Assembly (NCBI GenBank): GCA_035353175.1
Contig: DAOPZC010000003.1
Span: 62,473 to 126,472, forward strand
Direction: 5' to 3'
DNA length: 64,000 nucleotides
DNA from: Kiritimatiellia bacterium
Lineage (GTDB): Bacteria; Verrucomicrobiota; Kiritimatiellia; RFP12; UBA1067
Both the position numbers and the translations under genes were made by a program. This document shows, piece after piece, positions 36,330 to 43,190 of this stretch. The notes below the pieces were generated by a model that was not told where the DNA came from, ran no database searches, and worked only from the letters and a program-made list of their open reading frames with translations. Within the stretch, counting starts at the first letter, position 1. Every line of letters begins with the position of its first letter.

Positions 36330-38348
36330 ATGAAATCGGACGTCCGCATTCACGCGCCGCTGTTCTCCCTCGGCCTCGCGCTGGCCTTCGCGCCGTTCAC
36401 CTCCCGAGCCGATTTGACCCAGGGGGACTACACCTACACCGTCGCCAACGGCCAAGCGACCATCACGGGGTTCAGCACGGCGTACTCGGGCGCGTTGACG
36501 ATCACGAACCTGCTGGGCGGCTTCCCGGTCACCGCCATCCGCTACACGGCGTTCGCGACCTGTGCCGGCATCACCGGCGTCGTCATCCCGCCCGGCGTGG
36601 GCGACATCGGCGACCACGCGTTCTCGGCGTGCTCCGGCATGGCCGCTCTCACGATGCCCGACACCGTCACCAATCTCGGCAGCTACGCCCTCTACAATTG
36701 CACCGCCCTGACCAACGCCTCTCTTTCCGGCACCCTCGCCCGTATCGGCCAAGGCGCCTTCACGCACTGCGCCAGTCTGACCGACGTCGCCCTTCCAAAC
36801 AGCGTCAGCAGCCTCGGCTCCTCCGCGTTCTATTCCTGCACCCAGCTGGCAAGCATCACCCTCAGCACCAACATCGCCTGCATCGGAGAAGGAACCTTCG
36901 ACACCTGCACGAACCTGGCCAGCGTCACGATTCCCGCGGGGGCGCGCGAAATCGGGAAGATAGCCTTCAACAAGTGCTCCGCCCTGAAGAGCGTCGCGAT
37001 CGCCAGCACCGTCACGAACATCGGCGAAAGCGCTTTCGCCTTCTGCGTCAATCTGGGCGGCATCGTCCTGCCCGCCGGCGTGGCGGCCATCGGGGCATCG
37101 CCGTTCGCCTCGTGCACCACGCTGAGCAACATCACCGTGGTGGCGGCCAACCCGTACTACAGCAGCTCCGAAGGCGTGCTGTTCAACAAGGCCCAGACCG
37201 CGCTCATCCAATACCCCGCCGCCAAGGCCGGAACCTACGCCATCCCCGACGGCGTCACTGCCATCGGGAGCGCCGCCTTTGAGGGCGCCAACCTACTCAC
37301 GAGCATCACCCTCCCCGACAGCGCCACCGACATCGGGACCTACGCGTTCAGCCACTGCGCCACCCTCACCAACGCCGTCCTGGGGGCCAACGTCACAAAC
37401 ATCGGCGCCTGCGCCTTCTCGGCCTGCGCCTTCCTGCGGGCCATCGCGGTCCCGGACAGCGTCGTCCGCCTCGGCGACTCCGCGTTCGACGGCTGCGACC
37501 GCCTGGCCACGGCCGCGTTCGGCAGCAACGTCGTCAGCATCGGCGACAACGCGTTCCACCACTGCATCTCCCTGAAAGCCGTGGTTCTTCCCGCCAGCGT
37601 CGCCGACATCGGGGACGGCGCTTTCAACGACTGTACCTCGCTGACCAATATCGCGCTCGCTTACGGCGTCGCCAGTATCGGAAATCAGGCGTTCGCCCAC
37701 TGTACGGCGCTGACCCGCATGACGATCCCCGACAGCGTCACCAACCTCGGCGCCATGATGTTCCTCTACAGCTCCATGCTGACCAACGTCACGATCGGCG
37801 CGCAGGTCCCCGCCATCGGTCATTCCACCTTCGAGGGCTGCCTCGCCCTGACCAGCGTCACACTCGGCGCAGGGGTCACCCACATCGAGGAATGGGCCTT
37901 CTACGCCTGCACCGGCCTCACCCGGATCGTCATCCCCGGCAGCGTCACGTCCATTGCCAAAGGGGCGTTCGCCAACAGCACCGCCCTCGCGGGCGTCTGT
38001 TTCACGGGGGAACCGCCGGCCTTCGGCGCCTCGGTCTTCGACTCAACCTGCGCCACCCTCTATCACCTCCCGGCCTTTGCCGCCCAGTGGCCGGACACCT
38101 GTGCCGACCGGCCCACGCTCCTCTGGAACCCGCTCTTCACCCATGCCATCTACGCCGACGCCGCCTTCTCCTCCGCCATCGCCGGCACCACAAACATCCC
38201 CCTCACGGTCGAGGCCGCCACAAACCTATCTGCCGGCCTCTGGACGCCGCTCCTCACCGGCACCCTCGGCCCGGCGGGCTCGCTCGCCTTCAGCGACCCT
38301 TCCGCGACCAATCTCCCCTCGCGTTTCTACCGCATCGTCTGGCCTTAA
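36330..38348 (+). CDS. secreted BspA-type leucine-rich repeat protein
   Basis: Shine-Dalgarno AAAGGTGA; signal peptide. About 25 tandem ~23-aa repeats of the pattern IP.SVT.IG..AF..C..LT.V.I, as in BspA/Treponema-type LRR surface proteins. Confidence 0.8.
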   Translation: MKSDVRIHAPLFSLGLALAFAPFTSRADLTQGDYTYTVANGQATITGFSTAYSGALTITNLLGGFPVTAIRYTAFATCAGITGVVIPPGVGDIGDHAFSACSGMAALTMPDTVTNLGSYALYNCTALTNASLSGTLARIGQGAFTHCASLTDVALPNSVSSLGSSAFYSCTQLASITLSTNIACIGEGTFDTCTNLASVTIPAGAREIGKIAFNKCSALKSVAIASTVTNIGESAFAFCVNLGGIVLPAGVAAIGASPFASCTTLSNITVVAANPYYSSSEGVLFNKAQTALIQYPAAKAGTYAIPDGVTAIGSAAFEGANLLTSITLPDSATDIGTYAFSHCATLTNAVLGANVTNIGACAFSACAFLRAIAVPDSVVRLGDSAFDGCDRLATAAFGSNVVSIGDNAFHHCISLKAVVLPASVADIGDGAFNDCTSLTNIALAYGVASIGNQAFAHCTALTRMTIPDSVTNLGAMMFLYSSMLTNVTIGAQVPAIGHSTFEGCLALTSVTLGAGVTHIEEWAFYACTGLTRIVIPGSVTSIAKGAFANSTALAGVCFTGEPPAFGASVFDSTCATLYHLPAFAAQWPDTCADRPTLLWNPLFTHAIYADAAFSSAIAGTTNIPLTVEAATNLSAGLWTPLLTGTLGPAGSLAFSDPSATNLPSRFYRIVWP

Positions 38349-38432
38349 ACCTTTGCCACGACAGGAGAACGTGTGGTGAAGATTTGGAGAGGGCGACAAG
38401 CGGCAGCCCGTGCGACGCCGCTTTAAACGCCA

Positions 38433-38472
38433 GAAAAAGTTTCGCCACGCCCGGAAAACCGAGCGTGGCGAA
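38433..38472 (-). terminator. rho-independent terminator of the GH109-like oxidoreductase gene; the hairpin is shared with the convergent LRR gene
   Basis: TTCGCCACGC-ccggaaaaccga-GCGTGGCGAA forms a 10-bp stem. On the minus strand it is followed by ACTTTTTCTGG, ~20 nt after the stop at 38493. Confidence 0.55.
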
Positions 38473-38492
38473 CAGGGAAATCCTTGCCGATT

Positions 38493-39869
38493 TTATACTT
38501 TCGGTTCGAAGCCTTCGCGCTTGAAACCCTGCAGGAGCGCGGTTGCCTCGGGGCTGTTGCTGAAGACGCGCTTGTCGTTGTCCCAGACCAGTTCCTTGCC
38601 CGGGAACCGCTGCGCGATACATCCGAACAGGAGCGCCTCGGTCAGGCGGGCGGCGTATTCGAAGCGGCTGCCCGTGGCGTCGGGGGTGTGCGCCTTGCAG
38701 GCGTCGACCCACTCCTTGTAGTGGTTGTACTGCCACTTGCCGGGATCCTCCAGCAGCTTGTTGCAGGCGCGCTCGGCGTCTTTGGTCGCAGGCCCGAACG
38801 GCTGGCCGCCGACCGCGACGGCCTGCGGCTTGCTGGCGTGGGAGCCGCCCAGGGTGGTCACCTTGGAGCCCACGATCATGCAGCCGTTGTCGCCCACGTT
38901 CAGCTTCGGATGCGAGCCGAGCGGACGCTTGGGAAGGATGCCGCTCTCGTACCAGTAGACGTTGAGGCCTTTCGGGCAGACCGGCGACGGGCCGAAGTGG
39001 TAGTCAATGGTCGAATACGTGGAATAGGCGAGGTTGGCGGGCTTGTCGCACCAGGCCTTGATGGTCTCGGGCAGGCCCAGCTTCAGCACGAAGAACGCGG
39101 GATCGAAATTGTGCACGGCCATGTCGCCGATGGCGCCGCACCCGAAGTCGCACCAGCCGCGCCAGGCGAAAGGCGCGTAGCCCTTGCCGTAAGGACGCAT
39201 CTTCGCCGGCCCGATCCAGCAGTCCCAGTTGAAGCCTTCCGGAACTTTCTCTTCCGGCGGAAGGGCGGTCATGCCTTGCGGCCACCATTTGCCGCCGGCG
39301 CGGTCCGTCCACGAATGCACCTCCAGGATGTCGCCCCAGAACTGGCTCTCCATGAGCTTCTCATAGCGGAAAACGCCGGGATGCCCCTGGTTGCCCATCT
39401 GCGTCACGACGCCGTATTTCTTGGCCGCCTCCATCAGCATTTCGCACTCCTCGTACGAATGGGCGAGGGGCTTCTGCACGTAGACGTGCTTGCCGAGGCG
39501 CATCGCGGCCAGCGCGATCGTCGCGTGCGTGTGGTCGGCCGTGGAGACGCAGACGCCGTCGCATTCCTTGGCGATCTTGTCCAGCATCTGGCGATAGTCC
39601 GTGAAGGTCGGGATGCCCGGGAATTTCTTCGCCGCGTTGGCGAGGGCGACCGGGTTGACGTCGCACAGCCCGGTGCAGATGGCTCCGTTGCCGGTCAGCG
39701 AATTGAGATCCCCGCCGCCCATGCCGCCGACGCCCACCTTCAGAAACCTGAACTGCTTTCCGGGGCTGTCCTTCACGGCCTGCCCAAAAACCTTACTGGC
39801 CGGGATGAAAAACCCCGCCATCGCGCTTGTCGCCAAAAAAGAACGCCTCGATACGCCCCGATATTTCAT
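38493..39869 (-). CDS. Tat-exported Gfo/Idh/MocA oxidoreductase (GH109-like / glycoside dehydrogenase-like)
   Basis: Shine-Dalgarno AAGGAGAA. Tat motif SRRSFLATSAMAGFFIPA. Rossmann LKVGVGGMGGGD; CDVNP...DGVCVSTADHTHA...VYVQKPLAHS. Confidence 0.85.
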   Translation of the reverse strand: MKYRGVSRRSFLATSAMAGFFIPASKVFGQAVKDSPGKQFRFLKVGVGGMGGGDLNSLTGNGAICTGLCDVNPVALANAAKKFPGIPTFTDYRQMLDKIAKECDGVCVSTADHTHATIALAAMRLGKHVYVQKPLAHSYEECEMLMEAAKKYGVVTQMGNQGHPGVFRYEKLMESQFWGDILEVHSWTDRAGGKWWPQGMTALPPEEKVPEGFNWDCWIGPAKMRPYGKGYAPFAWRGWCDFGCGAIGDMAVHNFDPAFFVLKLGLPETIKAWCDKPANLAYSTYSTIDYHFGPSPVCPKGLNVYWYESGILPKRPLGSHPKLNVGDNGCMIVGSKVTTLGGSHASKPQAVAVGGQPFGPATKDAERACNKLLEDPGKWQYNHYKEWVDACKAHTPDATGSRFEYAARLTEALLFGCIAQRFPGKELVWDNDKRVFSNSPEATALLQGFKREGFEPKV

Positions 39870-40093
39870 TCATTTCTCCTTCGTGGTTGAGCCCTGCGGT
39901 ATCCTAATCCGCAAACGAGACAGAGTATAACGGAAGGAAGAGAAAGAGGGTAATGAAAGTTGATCGCCCCGCCGTTCGCGTTTGATGGCCAGGGCACGTC
40001 AATCACCGTCCTGTCAAAAGGCGAAGACGACGATGACATCTGTTTGACCGATATTCGGCTCCATTCTACGAACGGCCCAGCGAGATTGGCACT

Positions 40094-40195
40094 TAGGAAT
40101 TATCTAGTTCCTGATCGTAATCATAATCGTAATCCTCTCACACCCGCAAATCGGGATTAAGATTATGAGAAAGATGAAGATTAGGATTAGAATCA
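40094..40195. repeat. AT-rich island with inverted pentamer repeats (TAATC x3 facing GATTA x4) plus a small AGGAA/TTCCT hairpin
   Basis: TAATC at 40118, 40124 and 40130; GATTA at 40155, 40161, 40178 and 40185; the arms are ~12/16 complementary. A hairpin AGGAA-ttatctag-TTCCT sits at 40095-40112. GC is ~32% against a ~64% background. The island lies in the 5' leader/promoter region of the GH109-like gene. Confidence 0.5.
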
Positions 40196-40228
40196 AGATT
40201 TCCGCGCCGACACCCTTTTATGTCCCCT

Positions 40229-41413
40229 CTATTTCCAACGCTTCAGGGGATGCGAGCGGTTGACCAAGGGTAAAGCGACACGCCCCCCTCCCTGGACGCA
40301 CGATTCAAACACGGCCTGAGTCATCTCCCACGACCTGAGACCGTCCTGAATGCTGATGGCCGGACGGCGATTTTCTTCAATGGCGGCAATGAGGTCATCG
40401 GTAATGATTTTGTTGCGTTCCCGCTGCTTGTCTTTCGTCTGGACGACAGGCGCATCCGGCAGCGGTCTCCAGCCCGAGCTCTTCTTGCCGGGGGCCCAGG
40501 ACGAACTGTCGAACCATAGCACGTTTACCCCCAAGTCGTCTGGAAGGACGCGGATGGAAACCACACCTCGGCTTCCAAAGATGTCGATGCCGAAACGACC
40601 GCCGTTTCCATCGGGGTTCTTCATGGAGTCGAAATAGCCCACCGCACCGCCTTGGAAACCATACATCGCATGAATGCGATCGCCTACGATAGGCCCCAGC
40701 GGTTCGCGAGCCTTGCACACGTCGGCAGGCGTTGCCGTGTGTCCGTTCGTCGTAACATCGGCCGCGCACCACAAGGGTTTTCCGCCCATGAAGAAGCACA
40801 TCAGGTCGAGCACATGTGCGCCGAGTACGATCAGGTCCTCGCCGCCTGCCCGATGGTCCTCTTTGCCGCGGGCACGCGCCTCCAACACGGTGCCGATGAG
40901 ACCTTTTTCGCACACCATTTTCCAAGCGTGCTGTACCTCCGGCATACCGCGAAAATTGAAAGCGATCGCCCACTTCAAGTTCTTCGCCTCGGCGGCGGCC
41001 ACCATTTTGTCACCGCTGGCCAGATCGTCACAGAAGGGTTTCTCGATGAAGCCGTGGGCGCCGACCGCCGCGCAAGCCAGAAGGTACTCCTGATGCTTGA
41101 TGGTGCAACGCGGCCCGACTGCGACCAGGTCAGGTCGTTCTTTCTCAAGCATCTCGCGATAATCCGCATAGTGACGCTCAGCACCGACGGCCTTGGCGTA
41201 CTTTGCCCGCTCACTCTCGACCGGATCCGCCAAAGCGACGTGGACCACATCGTCCCGCAGCGCAAATGCGTGATGGATCCAGTGTCCGTATCCCCCCTGC
41301 TTGCTGTCGCCAATAATACAGGCTTTGTATTTCTTTTTTGACGGCGCGCCCACCGCCGTGGCCGCGACTGCCGCAGATGACACCGCAATGAATTTCCGAC
41401 GGCTGAACTGCAT
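40229..41413 (-). CDS. Tat-exported Gfo/Idh/MocA oxidoreductase
   Basis: Shine-Dalgarno GGGGAGGA. Tat motif MQFSRRKFIAVSSAAVAATAV. ACIIGDSKQGGYGH Rossmann; EKPFCDD. Confidence 0.85.
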   Translation of the reverse strand: MQFSRRKFIAVSSAAVAATAVGAPSKKKYKACIIGDSKQGGYGHWIHHAFALRDDVVHVALADPVESERAKYAKAVGAERHYADYREMLEKERPDLVAVGPRCTIKHQEYLLACAAVGAHGFIEKPFCDDLASGDKMVAAAEAKNLKWAIAFNFRGMPEVQHAWKMVCEKGLIGTVLEARARGKEDHRAGGEDLIVLGAHVLDLMCFFMGGKPLWCAADVTTNGHTATPADVCKAREPLGPIVGDRIHAMYGFQGGAVGYFDSMKNPDGNGGRFGIDIFGSRGVVSIRVLPDDLGVNVLWFDSSSWAPGKKSSGWRPLPDAPVVQTKDKQRERNKIITDDLIAAIEENRRPAISIQDGLRSWEMTQAVFESCVQGGGRVALPLVNRSHPLKRWK

Positions 41414-41658
41414 GATCGATCCTCCCCATGATACGAATCAACTTCATTAGTATCGTTCTTCGCCGAGATTTGGTCAAGAAACTGGACTTGATCCGTGACC
41501 TGCTGACAATCAGGTACGCAACCGTTTTCTCCCTAACGGCCGTCTCTTCGATTTTCACGTGTCTGCGTAAAGATGTCATTGAAGAAACAAGCATCCTCGC
41601 CGTATGCTTAAGGCCTTACCGAGATTGGCCAGGGGAAAATCAATCACAAGGGGGAAAC

Positions 41659-43173
41659 ATGAGGGTAGCGATCATCGCGGCCGCCGCGGGGCTGCTGTGC
41701 AGCGCGGGAGCAGGAGAGATTTCCGGCGCGTTGTCGGGGTCAAGCGCTGTCGATCCCGCCGCATATGGCTTTGCGCCCGACGCGCCGGCGGCGACGAACG
41801 CGGCCGCGTTGCAAAAGGCGCTGGACGGCGGGATGAAACGGGTCCAGGTCTCGCGTGCGGGGGTCTATGGCCTGGACCGGACGGTTTTCATCGACAGCGA
41901 CACGGAGATCGATTTCGCCCCCGGCGTCGTCCTGCAGAAGCGCGCGGCCTACGCCAACATCCTCGTCAACCGCGGGGCCTTCCAATACGCTTGGAACACG
42001 AACATCGCCGTGCGGGGCCTCCGCATCAGCGTGAACGGCTTCCAGTCCATTCCGGGCCCGGACTCTGCGGCGCCCGGCCTGCGCGGGCAGTTCGCGCTCT
42101 ACCATGTGCGGCACGCCCGCGTCTATGATTTCACCTGCCTGGACATCGAGGGCGGGCAGTACTGCTTCCACATCGCAGGCTTCGAGGACGTCATCCTCGA
42201 CGGGTTCGAGATCCGCGGCAAGAAGGACGGCGTCCACGTCAACGCGGGCCGCAACTTCGCCATCCGCAACGGGATCCTCGAAACCGGCGACGACGGCATC
42301 GCGCTCAACGCTGGCGACTGGCCGGGGGGCTGCACGCCCGTCATGGGCAGCATCGAGGACGGGGTCATCGAGAACATCCATGACCTGGCGGGCGGCAAGT
42401 GCAATTTCGCGCGCGTCATCACCGGCGCCTGGACGGACTGGCACAAGGGCATGCGCCTGCAGCGGGGGGACATCTTCCGCGTCGGCCAAAACGTCTACGC
42501 GGTCCACCCCATGCCGCTCGGCACGAACGAATACGTCTCCCTGACCGCGCCGATGCATACGCGCGGGGTGTGGAAGTCGCCGGAGGGCATCCAGTTCCAG
42601 TACCTGCAGAACGACGGCGAGACCCGCGCGGACATCCGCAACGTCGTCTTCCGCGATCTTTTCCTGTATGCCGGACGCCCCATTTCCTGCAGCTGGGAGT
42701 TTGGCGAATACGCCCGTCTGGTCCATCCGGAAATCAAGCCGGCCGACCTGCCCGTCTGCGACATCACGGTGGAGAACGTCTTCTCGCCGACGGCCCGCCC
42801 CGTCATCAGCGGCAACAGCTGCGCGACGCTCCGGCTGGACAACATCCGCGCCAACGGCCCCATCGTGTCGCTGACCAGCCTGCGCGCCCACCCCGCCACC
42901 TGGCGCGTGATCTGCACCGGCACCTATTTCAGCCGACGAGACAACCGCGAGCCTGATTTCCGGTTCGGGGGTTTTGAAGGCGACCTCGACCTCCAGATCG
43001 GCTCCGCGCTGCAAGACCGCGACGTGCGTCTTTCCGTCGCCGGCACGCTCACCTCCGCCCGCGTCAACGGCGAGGCCTCCGTGGACACGCTGGACAACCT
43101 GAAGCCCAAGGCCGGGGATGCCGTCCGCGTCAACAACCGGCGCCGAACATTCAACGGGACGAAATGGGAATAA
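41659..43173 (+). CDS. secreted right-handed parallel beta-helix protein (pectate-lyase/GH28-like fold)
   Basis: Shine-Dalgarno AGGGGGAA; signal peptide. Repeated beta-helix turns (IRGKKDGVHVNAGRNFAIRNGILETGDDGIALNAG...); the N-terminal part resembles pectate-lyase-3 / glycosyl-hydrolase-28-like beta-helix proteins. Confidence 0.7.
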   Translation: MRVAIIAAAAGLLCSAGAGEISGALSGSSAVDPAAYGFAPDAPAATNAAALQKALDGGMKRVQVSRAGVYGLDRTVFIDSDTEIDFAPGVVLQKRAAYANILVNRGAFQYAWNTNIAVRGLRISVNGFQSIPGPDSAAPGLRGQFALYHVRHARVYDFTCLDIEGGQYCFHIAGFEDVILDGFEIRGKKDGVHVNAGRNFAIRNGILETGDDGIALNAGDWPGGCTPVMGSIEDGVIENIHDLAGGKCNFARVITGAWTDWHKGMRLQRGDIFRVGQNVYAVHPMPLGTNEYVSLTAPMHTRGVWKSPEGIQFQYLQNDGETRADIRNVVFRDLFLYAGRPISCSWEFGEYARLVHPEIKPADLPVCDITVENVFSPTARPVISGNSCATLRLDNIRANGPIVSLTSLRAHPATWRVICTGTYFSRRDNREPDFRFGGFEGDLDLQIGSALQDRDVRLSVAGTLTSARVNGEASVDTLDNLKPKAGDAVRVNNRRRTFNGTKWE

Positions 43174-43190
43174 TCCGAGAGGAAAAAACA

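Noticed and set aside
39960-40160. 66-aa plus-strand ORF in the GH109-like upstream spacer
   Set aside because: No Shine-Dalgarno, no motifs, and it overlaps the AT-rich repeat island. More likely non-coding.
40094-40195. Considered as a CRISPR array or IS terminal repeats
   Set aside because: The repeat unit is only 5 nt (TAATC/GATTA), there is no spacer structure, and no cas or transposase genes lie nearby. It is kept only as a regulatory or structural repeat.
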